60,493 nucleotides of DNA from Bacteroidales bacterium (GCA_003559475.1 PWLF01000078.1:1-60493); one strand, 5' to 3'. Numbered from the stretch's first letter, positions 29,820 to 40,363 are shown. The notes: generated from the letters alone by a model not told the origin. A program made the numbers and translations.

Positions 29820-30527
29820 ATGGGAAAACTATATATAGTTCCTACTCCTATTGGAAACCTTGAGGATATTACTTTCAGGGCAGTCAGAGTATTAAAAGAA
29901 GCCGATATTATACTTACTGAAGACTCGCGAACTTCTGCAAAATTATTTTCTCATTATGAGATATCAAACAAGATAGTGGCATATCATCAACATAATGAGC
30001 ATAAAATATTTAAGTCTGTCATAAAGCAGATTGAAGATAAAAAAGCTGCATTAATAACAGATGCAGGCACGCCCGGAATTTCAGATCCCGGATTTTTACT
30101 GATCCGCGAATGTTTAAAAACAAATATTGAAGTTGAGTGCTTGCCGGGTGCTACGGCTTTTGTACCTGCATTGGTAAACTCAGGGATTCCATGCGACAGA
30201 TTTGTTTTCGAAGGGTTTATTCCTGCAAAAAAAGGACGCCAAACAAGGCTAAATGAAATTAAAGAAGAAGAGAAAACGATAGTTTTTTATGAATCTCCTC
30301 ACAGGTTAATAAAAACACTTAAAGACTTTATATCTGTTTTTGGAGAGCAAAGGTTAATTTCAGTATCAAGAGAATTAACCAAAGTTTATGAAGAAAACAA
30401 AAGAGGAAACATAAAAGATGTATTGGAATATTTTGAAAATTCCAATATTAAAGGAGAAATAACCATTATCGTTGAAGGCAAAAAAGATTTTGATAAAAGA
30501 ATAAAAAACAAGTTGACGAATAATTAA
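29820..30527 (+). CDS. rsmI: 16S rRNA (cytidine1402-2'-O)-methyltransferase
   Basis: LYIVPTPIGNLEDIT, DAGTPGISDPG and FYESPHR motifs of the RsmI tetrapyrrole-methylase fold. Confidence 0.92.
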   Translation: MGKLYIVPTPIGNLEDITFRAVRVLKEADIILTEDSRTSAKLFSHYEISNKIVAYHQHNEHKIFKSVIKQIEDKKAALITDAGTPGISDPGFLLIRECLKTNIEVECLPGATAFVPALVNSGIPCDRFVFEGFIPAKKGRQTRLNEIKEEEKTIVFYESPHRLIKTLKDFISVFGEQRLISVSRELTKVYEENKRGNIKDVLEYFENSNIKGEITIIVEGKKDFDKRIKNKLTNN

Positions 30528-30614
30528 TTTTAAAAATAAAGCCGGAAAGAAAACAGGTAAACTACAACTTAACCTATTTCCGAAAAAATTTGACGATACT
30601 AAGATAAAAAAATA

Positions 30615-30622
30615 TAATTTTG
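30615..30622 (+). promoter_or_regulatory. -7 promoter box TAATTTTG
   Basis: Exact TAnnTTTG 68 nt upstream of the ATG at 30690. Confidence 0.4.
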
Positions 30623-30689
30623 CGTAAATTATCTAAAAATATTAAATCAGCTAAAATCAAACAAAACTCTTAACAACACACATATAAAA

Positions 30690-31436
30690 ATGGCTATTTA
30701 TAAGAATATTTACGAAAAATTTATAAATAAACAGAAACAACTTGCTATACTAATTGATCCTGACAAAACTAATATCAGCGATGCTAAATCAATAGCCATT
30801 GAATGTGAAAAATTAAAAATTGACTATATTTTTGTAGGTAGCAGTTTGTTATTAAACGGAGACATTGATAGTTGTATTAAATCAATAAAGAGTAACTGCA
30901 ACATCCCGGTTATTATATTTCCTGGCAATAAAATGCAAATTAGTTCACACGCTAATGGAATATTGTTTTTATCACTAATTTCCGGCAGAAACGCCGAAAA
31001 CTTGATAGGGAATCATGTAATAGCAGCTCCACAAATAAAAAAAGCCGAATTAGAAGTAATACCAACCGGTTATATGCTTATTGATTGTGGAAAAACCACA
31101 TCAGTTAATTATATGAGTAACACCTCCCCTATTCCATCAGACAAGAATGATATAGCGATATGTACTGCAATAGCCGGAGAGATGCTCGGTCTTAAGATGG
31201 TTTACCTTGAAGGAGGCAGCGGCGCTTCAAAGCCCATTCCGAAAGAAATGATAAAGCAGGTAAGCAAAAATATTACTGTTCCAATGATAGTTGGAGGTGG
31301 AATAAAAGAAACAAGCCAGGCATCTGATATTTGGAATGCCGGAGCAGATTTGCTTGTAGTAGGAAACGCATTAGAAAAAAACCCTGAATTTATAAAAAGT
31401 TTGGTTAACAAGCGTAATGAAATAAATCATAAATAG
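30690..31436 (+). CDS. geranylgeranylglyceryl/heptaprenylglyceryl phosphate synthase family protein (PcrB/GGGPS)
   Basis: TIM-barrel pattern: ILIDPDK near the N-terminus, YLEGGSGA, and VGGGIK phosphate-binding loops typical of PcrB/GGGPS. Confidence 0.72.
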   Translation: MAIYKNIYEKFINKQKQLAILIDPDKTNISDAKSIAIECEKLKIDYIFVGSSLLLNGDIDSCIKSIKSNCNIPVIIFPGNKMQISSHANGILFLSLISGRNAENLIGNHVIAAPQIKKAELEVIPTGYMLIDCGKTTSVNYMSNTSPIPSDKNDIAICTAIAGEMLGLKMVYLEGGSGASKPIPKEMIKQVSKNITVPMIVGGGIKETSQASDIWNAGADLLVVGNALEKNPEFIKSLVNKRNEINHK

Positions 31437-31468
31437 ATTGTATAAATATTAAAATATTATTTTGAACT

Positions 31469-32860
31469 ATGGATTTTGATGTATTAGTATTAGGAAGTGG
31501 TCCGGGTGGTTATGTTGCAGCTATAAGGGCATCACAACTTGGAATGAAAACCGGAGTAATAGAAAAAGCCGAATTAGGTGGAGTATGCCTCAACTGGGGC
31601 TGTATCCCTACTAAATCTTTGCTTAAAAGTGCTCAGGTTTATAATTATGTTAAAAATGCTGAAAATTATGGGATAAGCACAAGTGCTGATTTTAAGCCCG
31701 ACATAAATAACATGGTAAAACGTAGCCGTGAAATTGCCGGTAATATGAGCAAAGGAGTGCAATACCTTTTTAAAAAGAATAATATCGAATTTGTCAGAGG
31801 ATATGGTACAGTAAAGCCTGGTAAAACAATTGAAGTAAAAACAACAGAGGGAGAAACAAAAGAGTTAAAAGCAAATCACATTATAATTGCAACAGGTGCA
31901 CGTTCAAAAGAACTTCCCGGATTAAAGCAGGATGGAAAAAAAATAATAGGATACAGAAAAGCATTGACTCTTGACAAAATACCTGAATCGATGGTAATTG
32001 TCGGCTCCGGTGCCATAGGATCCGAATTTGCTTATTTCTATAATGCTCTGGGAACTAAAATTACCCTTGTAGAATTTATGCCTAATATCGTTCCTGCTGA
32101 AGATGAGGAAATTTCTAAGCAACTGGCAAGGTCTTTCAAAAAATCAGGAATAAAGGTAATGACCAAATCTAATGTTGAGAAGGTTGAAACTCAAGGAGAT
32201 AAATGTATAGTTACTGTTAATTCCAAAAAAGGGATAGAGGAAATTAATGCAGATATAGTATTATCAGCCGTTGGAGTAACTCCAAACATTGAAGATATAG
32301 GACTGGAAGAAACCGGGATTGAGGTAAAAGATGGAAAAATTGTTGTTGATGATTTTTACAAAACAAATCTTGACGGTTATTATGCAATAGGTGATGTGAC
32401 GCCCGGGCAGGCTTTAGCTCATGTTGCTTCAGCAGAGGGTATTGTTTGTATAGAAAAAATCGCAGGTCATAATCCTGAACCTATTGACTATAATAATATT
32501 CCGGGCTGTACTTACTGCTCACCTGAAGTCGCTTCTGTAGGATATACTGAAAAAGCAGCAATTGAAGTCGGCTATGAAGTTAAAATAGGTAAATTTCCTT
32601 TTATGGCTTCAGGAAAAGCAAGTGCTACAGGCAACAAAGACGGATTAGTAAAGATAATTTTTGATAAAAAAACCGATAAGCTGTTAGGGTTACATCTGGC
32701 AGGCGATAATGTTACTGAAATGATATCAGAAGGAGTTTTAGCAAAAAAACTCGGCAGCACAGCAAATGACATAATAAAATCAGTACATCCACATCCTACA
32801 ATGTCGGAAGCTATAATGGAAGCTGCCGCCGCCGCTTACGATGAAGCCGTGCATCTATAA
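31469..32860 (+). CDS. lpd: dihydrolipoyl dehydrogenase
   Basis: GSGPGGY FAD site, redox-active GGVCLNWGCIPTK, GSGAIGSEFA NAD site, and C-terminal HPHPTMSE. Confidence 0.93.
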   Translation: MDFDVLVLGSGPGGYVAAIRASQLGMKTGVIEKAELGGVCLNWGCIPTKSLLKSAQVYNYVKNAENYGISTSADFKPDINNMVKRSREIAGNMSKGVQYLFKKNNIEFVRGYGTVKPGKTIEVKTTEGETKELKANHIIIATGARSKELPGLKQDGKKIIGYRKALTLDKIPESMVIVGSGAIGSEFAYFYNALGTKITLVEFMPNIVPAEDEEISKQLARSFKKSGIKVMTKSNVEKVETQGDKCIVTVNSKKGIEEINADIVLSAVGVTPNIEDIGLEETGIEVKDGKIVVDDFYKTNLDGYYAIGDVTPGQALAHVASAEGIVCIEKIAGHNPEPIDYNNIPGCTYCSPEVASVGYTEKAAIEVGYEVKIGKFPFMASGKASATGNKDGLVKIIFDKKTDKLLGLHLAGDNVTEMISEGVLAKKLGSTANDIIKSVHPHPTMSEAIMEAAAAAYDEAVHL

Positions 32861-32904
32861 TAAAAAAAGAAAAATACTCTTAAAAACATTAAGAAAGATA
32901 AACA

Positions 32905-34809
32905 ATGTGTGGAATAACCGGGATATACTCTTTTAATGATGGCATTAATGAAAAGCATAAAAAGCAGTTGCAAGACGCTTTAAGCACTCTCAATAAAAGA
33001 GGTCCCGATGATTCAGGCATATTTTCTCATTCAAATGTACTGTTAGGTCATTCAAGACTTGCTATCATTGATGTCTCAAAATCTTCAGCACAACCATTTA
33101 CAGATCAAACAGGAAGATTTACAATCGTTTTTAATGGAGCTATATATAACTATAAAGAATTACAAAATTTTCTAAAACAAAAAGGATACAGCTTTAAATC
33201 CGGAAGCGACACAGAAGTACTGCTTTATATGTTCATTGAAAAAAAAGAAGAGTGCTTAAATGACCTGAACGGATTTTTTTCATTTGTTATTTATGACAAA
33301 CAAGAAGAATCTCTTTTTATAGCCAGAGATCGGTTTGGTATAAAACCTCTTTATTATTATGCTGATAATGAATGCTTTGCTTTTGCTTCTGAAATGAAGG
33401 CACTTTTAAAGTATAACATTAACAGTGATATCGAAAGATCATCATTAAGGATGTATTTACAATTGAATTATATTCCCGGGCCATGGACTATTTTTGAAAA
33501 TGTCAGAAAATTACTTCCCGGTCATTATTTACATATTAATTCGGATAAAAAAATCAAAGAAGGACAATACTATTCGCTTGCTAAGCAATGGGATATGGAT
33601 AATCAAAGCACTTCTTATGAGAAATCTTGTCAAAAACTTCATGATTTGATGGAAAGCTCCGTTTTAGACAGATTAGTTTGTGATGTACCCATAGGTTCCT
33701 TTCTTAGCGGAGGTATAGACAGCAGCATAGTAACAGGATTGGCTTCCAAGCATATAAATAAACTAAACACTTTTTCCATAGGTTTCAAGGATGAGCCAAT
33801 GTTTGATGAAACAACTTATGCGGAAGCAGTTGCTAAGAAGCATAATACGAATCATACTGTTTTTAACCTAACCAATGATGACCTTTTTGACTGCTTATTT
33901 GATGTTTTGAACTATATTGATGAACCATTTGCTGACTCATCAGCACTTGCTGTATATATTCTTTCAAAAAAGACCGGAGAAAAGGTAAAAGTTGCTCTTT
34001 CAGGAGATGGCGCAGATGAGCTATTTGCGGGATATAACAAACACTCAGCAGAATTTAGAGCTTTAAATCCCGGCATCAAAGAAAAGCTTGCTTTATCTTT
34101 ATATCCATTAATCAACAAACTTCCACAATCCAGAGATACTCAATTTTCTAACAAAATTCGTCAAATCGTAAGATTTGCAAACGGTTACAAATTACCTTCA
34201 AGTGAGAGATACTGGAAATGGTGTAGCATCAATGGAGAGGAAGATGTATCTAAGCTTTTATTAAATAAAAAAATTCCTGAAGATTATTTAAAAAATAAAG
34301 ATAAGCTTTTAGAAGCATTTAACGATAAACAACACACAATTGATCATACTCTTTACTCAGATATAAAAATGATTTTACCTTATGATATGCTTACAAAGGT
34401 AGATTTGATGTCTATGGCTAACTCTCTTGAAGTCAGAACACCATTTTTAGATTACAGACTTGTAGATTTTATTCAAACTTTACCCTATAACTACAAAATA
34501 AATAAAAACAATAAAAAAATCATACTAAAAGACACTTTTTCCTATCTGCTACCTGAGGAGATAATTAATAGACCAAAACACGGATTTGAAGTCCCTTTAC
34601 TAAAGTGGATGCGTAACGAGATATATAGTTTAATTCACGATGAATTACTTGAAGATAATTTTATTATTGAACAAGGGATTTTTGACCCAAAAGAAATAAC
34701 TTATCTAAAAAACAAGCTTAGTAGCAATAACCCGGGGGATTCCGCATCAAAGGTATGGAACATAATAGTCTTCCAGAAATGGTGGAATAATTTTTTAAAT
34801 AATAGATAA
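32905..34809 (+). CDS. asnB: asparagine synthase (glutamine-hydrolysing) family amidotransferase
   Basis: MCGI Ntn nucleophile and PP-loop SGGIDSS. It sits directly upstream of a glycosyltransferase, so a role in glycan amidation is possible. Confidence 0.88.
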   Translation: MCGITGIYSFNDGINEKHKKQLQDALSTLNKRGPDDSGIFSHSNVLLGHSRLAIIDVSKSSAQPFTDQTGRFTIVFNGAIYNYKELQNFLKQKGYSFKSGSDTEVLLYMFIEKKEECLNDLNGFFSFVIYDKQEESLFIARDRFGIKPLYYYADNECFAFASEMKALLKYNINSDIERSSLRMYLQLNYIPGPWTIFENVRKLLPGHYLHINSDKKIKEGQYYSLAKQWDMDNQSTSYEKSCQKLHDLMESSVLDRLVCDVPIGSFLSGGIDSSIVTGLASKHINKLNTFSIGFKDEPMFDETTYAEAVAKKHNTNHTVFNLTNDDLFDCLFDVLNYIDEPFADSSALAVYILSKKTGEKVKVALSGDGADELFAGYNKHSAEFRALNPGIKEKLALSLYPLINKLPQSRDTQFSNKIRQIVRFANGYKLPSSERYWKWCSINGEEDVSKLLLNKKIPEDYLKNKDKLLEAFNDKQHTIDHTLYSDIKMILPYDMLTKVDLMSMANSLEVRTPFLDYRLVDFIQTLPYNYKINKNNKKIILKDTFSYLLPEEIINRPKHGFEVPLLKWMRNEIYSLIHDELLEDNFIIEQGIFDPKEITYLKNKLSSNNPGDSASKVWNIIVFQKWWNNFLNNR

Positions 34810-34840
34810 ATCAAATGTTTTTTTGTGTTAAAATAAATTG

Positions 34841-34848
34841 TAATTTTG
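34841..34848 (+). promoter_or_regulatory. -7 promoter box TAATTTTG(CA)
   Basis: Exact TAnnTTTG 26 nt upstream of the ATG at 34874. Confidence 0.45.
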
Positions 34849-34873
34849 CATAAACATTACATTTACTATCATT

Positions 34874-36097
34874 ATGCTAAGAGTAGTCAGAATACTGAAT
34901 CGTTTTAATTTAGGTGGACCTACCTACAATGCTGCGTATTTGACAAAATACATGGATAAAAACTTTGAAACTTTATTAGTTGGTGGCATTAATGATAATT
35001 CAGAAAAAAACTCAGAATATATTGTAAAAAAGCTTGGAATTGATCCTGTAACAATTCCTTTAATGCGTAGAGGAATATGCCCCTTATATGATTATATGGC
35101 TTACAATAGTTTAAAAAATATAATTCGCAAATTTAAGCCTCATATTGTTCACACTCATGCATCAAAAGCAGGTGCTCTAGGTCGATTTGCTGCAAGTAGC
35201 CTTGATGTACCTGTAATAGTACATACTTTTCACGGACACATTTTTGATGCTTACTTTGACAGAATGAAGACATCTTTTTACAAATCTATTGAAAGAAAAC
35301 TTGCTAAAAAAAGCTCCGGGATTATAGCTATCAGGAAAAATCAAAAAAATGATCTTGTTAATAAATATAACATTTGCGAAGAAGAAAAGGTAAAAGTAAT
35401 ACCTTTAGGTTTTGAGCTTGAAAAATTTAAAGAAAATGCGAATTATAAGAGATTTGAATTTAGGAGCAAATATAATATTAAAGATGATGAAATAGCTATA
35501 GGGATAATTGGCAGATTAGTTCCAATTAAAAATCACAAATTATTTTTAAATTCAATAAAATTATTAAAAGAAAATACCGGCAAAAAATTTAAAGCCTTTA
35601 TAATTGGTGATGGAGAAATGCGAGAACATTTAAAAGATTTTTCAACAAAAATCGGCTTAAGTTATACATCTGTTAACGGTAACGGATATGCGAATAATGC
35701 GGATATAATTTTCACCAGTTGGTTAACAGAAATGGATAAGGCAAATGCGGGGATGGATATAATAGCGCTTACTTCTCTTAATGAAGGGACACCTGTTAGT
35801 CTAATTGAAGCTCAAGCATCAAAAAAACCAATAGTTACAACATCTGTTGGAGGGATTAATGATGTAATACTGCCTGATAAAACAGCATTAATATCTAAAA
35901 ATGACGCTGAAGATTTCTCAAATAAGCTATTAAAACTTGTAGAGAATAAAGATTTAAGAGACAATTTATCTGAAGAAGGATGGGAGCACGTTAAATGCAA
36001 ATTTCACTACACAAGACTTGTCAGTGAAATGAGCAATTATTATTACGATCTGCTCGACAAAGCAAAAGTAAATTATAGTTCCCCTATTATTGCATAA
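34874..36097 (+). CDS. glycosyltransferase family 4 (GT-B)
   Basis: The GGP...HTHASKAG N-domain and the C-terminal E(x7)E-type region (SLNEGTPVSLIEAQASKKPIV). Confidence 0.8.
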   Translation: MLRVVRILNRFNLGGPTYNAAYLTKYMDKNFETLLVGGINDNSEKNSEYIVKKLGIDPVTIPLMRRGICPLYDYMAYNSLKNIIRKFKPHIVHTHASKAGALGRFAASSLDVPVIVHTFHGHIFDAYFDRMKTSFYKSIERKLAKKSSGIIAIRKNQKNDLVNKYNICEEEKVKVIPLGFELEKFKENANYKRFEFRSKYNIKDDEIAIGIIGRLVPIKNHKLFLNSIKLLKENTGKKFKAFIIGDGEMREHLKDFSTKIGLSYTSVNGNGYANNADIIFTSWLTEMDKANAGMDIIALTSLNEGTPVSLIEAQASKKPIVTTSVGGINDVILPDKTALISKNDAEDFSNKLLKLVENKDLRDNLSEEGWEHVKCKFHYTRLVSEMSNYYYDLLDKAKVNYSSPIIA

Positions 36098-36250
36098 AAC
36101 ATATCTCATATAATTAGTTTTTATTTTTTTTCTTATTTGAATAACTTGCAATATATTTTATACGTTATAACAATTAGTTAACTTTTTTAATATAATTGAT
36201 TAAGTAATAAATAAGATTATTTACTTTTTTAACTAAACTATATAGATTAT

Positions 36251-37252
36251 ATGAATAGAAAGGCACAAAATTTCCGATTAGGTTTATTTTTTATAATTAG
36301 CATAGTAATTTTATTTGTAATTTTAGGGTATTTCACTACCCGTCATATTTTTGAACAAAAAAAAACCTATTATGTTGCTTACCAAGATATCTCTGTTAGT
36401 GGCTTAGAAATAGGCAGCCCTGTAAAGTATCTTGGGATAAATATTGGTTCAATATCAAACATAAAAATTGACCCTGATGACTTTGGTAGCATAATAGTAG
36501 AACTTTCAATAAAAGAAGATATTCCTATTAAAAAAGATGCCGTTGCAGATATTGTTTCTATAGGTATTACAGGTCTTAAAACAATAGAAATAAGAGGTGG
36601 AAGTCATGAAGCAGAAACTATTAAAGAGTATGGATTTATTACGCCCGGAGTATCTTTTGCTGATGATATTACAGGCAAAGCTGAAGTAATAGCATTTAAA
36701 ACCGAACAAGTTCTTAATAACTTGCAGGAATTGACACATCCTGACAATATAGGAAAAATAAGAGAAACCATTGACAATATATCTGATCTAGCAGAAAGCA
36801 CAAACTATACAATAAGTAATGTAGGGAAACTACTTACTGAAAATCGCAAAGATATTAGAAGCACAATAATTGCTATGAATGAATTGAGTTCTCAGCTTGG
36901 AGAAACAAGTAAAGAACTTGATAAAGTTGTTCAAAGAACAGGAGAAATAGTACATAGCGATACAATAAACCAAGTTATGGGTAACCTGAGAGATATCTCA
37001 TTAACTCTAAAAGAAGCAAATTTAAGTCAACTCATCAAGAATTTTTCTGAACTTACAAAACAAAGTCAGGAATTATTAGCAGGCATTGACGATGATATTG
37101 ACAGATCAAGTAAAGATCTCTCAGAAAGCCTAATACTCCTTAGAGCTACACTCGAAAATCTTAATGAGACCTCCATGAAAATTAACGAATCTCCCTCAAT
37201 ACTGATAAGAGGGGAAAGATTAAGCAGAAATCCTGATGATATCTTAGATTAA
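36251..37252 (+). CDS. MlaD/MCE family protein
   Basis: Single N-terminal TM helix, an MCE domain (GLEIGSPVKYLGINIGSISNI), and a long C-terminal helical region. Confidence 0.75.
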   Translation: MNRKAQNFRLGLFFIISIVILFVILGYFTTRHIFEQKKTYYVAYQDISVSGLEIGSPVKYLGINIGSISNIKIDPDDFGSIIVELSIKEDIPIKKDAVADIVSIGITGLKTIEIRGGSHEAETIKEYGFITPGVSFADDITGKAEVIAFKTEQVLNNLQELTHPDNIGKIRETIDNISDLAESTNYTISNVGKLLTENRKDIRSTIIAMNELSSQLGETSKELDKVVQRTGEIVHSDTINQVMGNLRDISLTLKEANLSQLIKNFSELTKQSQELLAGIDDDIDRSSKDLSESLILLRATLENLNETSMKINESPSILIRGERLSRNPDDILD

Positions 37253-37378
37253 CAGACTATTACTTTATTATATTATAAAAAACCTAAGTTATTAACCAAA
37301 AATAAACTCCTAATGAACATTATCAAAAATAGTTTGTTTTATTTTTTTAGCCATTAGTGCCAACATTACAAAAGCAAA

Positions 37379-38266
37379 ATGATCAGATACTCCATAAACG
37401 ACCTTGAAAAAATTACTGATATTAAAGCTCACACTATAAGAATGTGGGAAAAAAGATATGGTATTGTATCTCCAAAAAGGACTTCCACAAACATCCGTTA
37501 CTACCTGGATAAAGATGTAAAAAAGCTTTTAAATATAAGTACATTAAAAAAATATGGACTACGAATATCTAAAATAATGGAGTTAGGAGACGAAGAAATA
37601 AATGAAAAGATATTAGAGTTAACATCAGAAAAAGGCGGGCTTGATGCTCAAATAAATAATTTATTTGTTTCTATGATTGAGTTTGATGAAGATCACTTCG
37701 AAAAAACCGTGGCGGACTCAATACTAAAAATTGGTTTTGAAGATACTATTACAAATATTTTATATCCTTTTTTACACAAAGTTGGTGTTTTATGGCAAGT
37801 TGGCTCAATAATTCCTGCCCAAGAACATTTTGCCAGCAATCTTATAAGAAGAAAATTGTTGGTTGTAATTGAGGCTAAAAAAAACTATATAAAAAGTGAT
37901 GCTAAAACTTTTTTGCTATTCTTACCTGAAAAAGAACTTCATGAAATAGGATTATTGTTTTGTTATTATATAATAAGAAAGTACGGACATAAAGTTATAT
38001 ATCTTGGACAAGACACGCCTTTTAACGATCTAATTAAAACAAAAAAAATCACCGGTGCAAATTTTCTCATGACTCATCTTGTTTCTCCATCTGTACCTTA
38101 CAGAGCATGTGAATATATTGAGAATATTTCAAAAACTTTTCCGGATATAACCATATTTGTAGCAGGTAAACAAGCATGTAAAGAAAAAATTAAAGACACA
38201 CCGGAAAATATTTTTGTCATCAGAGAAATTGATGAGTTTAAAAAAATGTTAGATAATTTTATTTAA
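37379..38266 (+). CDS. MerR-family regulator with a CarH/LitR-type cobalamin-binding domain
   Basis: MerR HTH (YSINDLEKITDIKAHTIRMWEKRYG). A Wx9EH motif (W-QVGSIIPAQ-EH) is followed by ExHxxG (ELHEIG) in a Rossmann-like B12-binding domain. Confidence 0.75.
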   Translation: MIRYSINDLEKITDIKAHTIRMWEKRYGIVSPKRTSTNIRYYLDKDVKKLLNISTLKKYGLRISKIMELGDEEINEKILELTSEKGGLDAQINNLFVSMIEFDEDHFEKTVADSILKIGFEDTITNILYPFLHKVGVLWQVGSIIPAQEHFASNLIRRKLLVVIEAKKNYIKSDAKTFLLFLPEKELHEIGLLFCYYIIRKYGHKVIYLGQDTPFNDLIKTKKITGANFLMTHLVSPSVPYRACEYIENISKTFPDITIFVAGKQACKEKIKDTPENIFVIREIDEFKKMLDNFI

Positions 38267-38325
38267 AAACTAAAAATAACAATTAGAGGATTTAATCTGA
38301 CTAATCTTATTTTTATGAATCCGGC

Positions 38326-39084
38326 TTAATCGTTTATTTTTAATTTAAACTGCAGTTCACTGTAATATTTGATTATAAAATCCGAAGCTTTTTCATAAGC
38401 TTGAGTAAGTGATAACCCATTCCCCAAAAAACATGCTACAGCAGTTGATAATGCACAACCGGTTCCATGACTATAATTAAATTCGAGTCTATCCCTTTCA
38501 AAACAAAAAACTTCATTTTCAGATATTATAGCCTCATTAATTTTTTTGCTATTAAAATGCCCACCTTTCAATAATATTGCTGTGTTCCATTCTTTAGATT
38601 TCTTTTCAGCTATACTGATTCCCTCTTCAATAGTCTTTATTTCAGCGTTACAAAGTAAATTAAACTCATTTTTATTAGGAGTAATAAGAGTAGTCAAAGG
38701 AAACAACTTTTCCTTCATGGTCTTTACAGAAACTTCATCAATTAATTTAAGACCACTTGTTGAGGAAAGTACCGTATCCAAAACAACCTTATCCGGCGAA
38801 AACCTATTAAGGGTATCAATAATCACTTTTAAATTTTCATAACTTGATATGGCTCCTATTTTAACAGATTTAACAGGGAACGACAAAAAAGACTGTTTTA
38901 TTTGAGAATCAAGCAATTCCGGTTTAACCGGTTCAATTTCATAAGCTGTTTTAAAGTTTTGCACAGTTATTCCGGTAATCGCTGATAATGCCCAGTAATT
39001 GAGATTATCTGCAATTTTTACATCTTGTTGAATGCCGGCTCCTCCTGAATTATCGGAGGCTGCTATAGTAAGCAAAAAATTCAT
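38326..39084 (-). CDS. thiD: hydroxymethylpyrimidine/phosphomethylpyrimidine kinase
   Basis: AASDNSGGAGIQQD, a ribokinase-like fold, and GTGCALS near the C-terminus. Its start overlaps the thiC stop (TAATG). Confidence 0.85.
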   Translation of the reverse strand: MNFLLTIAASDNSGGAGIQQDVKIADNLNYWALSAITGITVQNFKTAYEIEPVKPELLDSQIKQSFLSFPVKSVKIGAISSYENLKVIIDTLNRFSPDKVVLDTVLSSTSGLKLIDEVSVKTMKEKLFPLTTLITPNKNEFNLLCNAEIKTIEEGISIAEKKSKEWNTAILLKGGHFNSKKINEAIISENEVFCFERDRLEFNYSHGTGCALSTAVACFLGNGLSLTQAYEKASDFIIKYYSELQFKLKIND

Positions 39085-40358
39085 TATTCAGCTTTATCTG
39101 TTTTTACAGCACAAAGATTACCACACATTGAACAATACTCATCATCACCACTTTCAGAATCTTGTTTTCTTCTCTTTGCCAGCTCTGGATCAATTGAATA
39201 CTCGAATATTTTTTTCCAGTCGAGGTCGCGTCTGGCTTTAGAAATCATATAGTCATGCTCTCTTGCTCCATTAATATTTTTAACAATATCGGCACTTTGG
39301 GCGGCTATACGGCTGGCAATAACACCTTGTTTAACGTCATCTAAATCGGGTAAGCACAAATGCTCAGCTGGTGTAACATAGCAAAGAAAATCAGCCCCAT
39401 GAATTGCTGCTAAAGTTCCTCCGATAGCTCCAACGATATGATCATATCCCGGAGCTGAATCGGTAGTTAAAGGTCCAAGGACATAAAAAGGAGCATCATG
39501 ACAAACCTTTTTCATTATTTTCATATTCATTTCAATTTGATCCATTGGCATGTGTCCGGGTCCTTCAACCAAAACCTGCACACCCTTTTTCCTGGCTTTA
39601 TCAACTAACTCACCCAAAACTAAAAGTTCTGCAAACTGTCCTCTATCAGAGGCATCCTCACCACAGCCGGGTCTGATTCCATCGCCCAGACTTATCGTTA
39701 CATCATGTTTTAGACAAATATCTAATATCCGATCATATTGTTCATACAATGGATTTTCTGCATTATTGACCTTCATCCACCTTTTTAGAATAGAGCCTCC
39801 TCTACTAACTATTCCACATAATCTCTCATCGTTTTCTAAAAAAGAGACCGCTGTTTTAGTAACACCACAATGTAATGTCATAAAATCTACCCCTGCTTCA
39901 GCCTGAAACTCAATTTCTTCGAATAAATCCTCAGGATCGAACAAAGCAAGATCCTTTTCTTCTCTAATCAATCGTGTAGCAACACTATAAATTGGCACAG
40001 TTCCAACCATAACAGGAGATTTTTTTAACATCTCTTTAAGAATTACCCTCAAATCACCTCCTGTTGATAAATCCATAATGGAATCCGCACCATGCTTTAC
40101 AGCAATTTCAAGTTTTTCAATTTCTTCAGCGAAATTGCATCGCTTTTCTGAAGTTCCTATGTTTGCATTTATCTTTGTTCTAAGACCATTACCAATACCT
40201 CGAGCCGGGAACTTATGATTAACATTTTTTGGTATTACAATTCTTCCTTCTGCTATTTCATTTCTTAACCATTCGGCATTAACATTTTCTTTTTCGGCAA
40301 CATCCTTCATCTCCTGAGTTATTTGCCCGTTTAATGCATGTTGAAGTTGAGTCTTCAT
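39084..40358 (-). CDS. thiC: phosphomethylpyrimidine synthase (short form)
   Basis: Strong ThiC pattern (GTVPIYS, VEGPGH, FYVLGPLTTD) and the C-terminal radical-SAM CSMCGNLC motif. Confidence 0.95.
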   Translation of the reverse strand: MKTQLQHALNGQITQEMKDVAEKENVNAEWLRNEIAEGRIVIPKNVNHKFPARGIGNGLRTKINANIGTSEKRCNFAEEIEKLEIAVKHGADSIMDLSTGGDLRVILKEMLKKSPVMVGTVPIYSVATRLIREEKDLALFDPEDLFEEIEFQAEAGVDFMTLHCGVTKTAVSFLENDERLCGIVSRGGSILKRWMKVNNAENPLYEQYDRILDICLKHDVTISLGDGIRPGCGEDASDRGQFAELLVLGELVDKARKKGVQVLVEGPGHMPMDQIEMNMKIMKKVCHDAPFYVLGPLTTDSAPGYDHIVGAIGGTLAAIHGADFLCYVTPAEHLCLPDLDDVKQGVIASRIAAQSADIVKNINGAREHDYMISKARRDLDWKKIFEYSIDPELAKRRKQDSESGDDEYCSMCGNLCAVKTDKAE

Positions 40359-40363
40359 TATTT

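Noticed and set aside
30543-30590. Imperfect long hairpin CCGGAAAG...AGGT...ACCT...TTTCCG after rsmI
   Set aside because: It is followed by an A-run on the plus strand, and the U-run is only on the non-coding orientation. It has several internal mismatches, so its function as a terminator is ambiguous.
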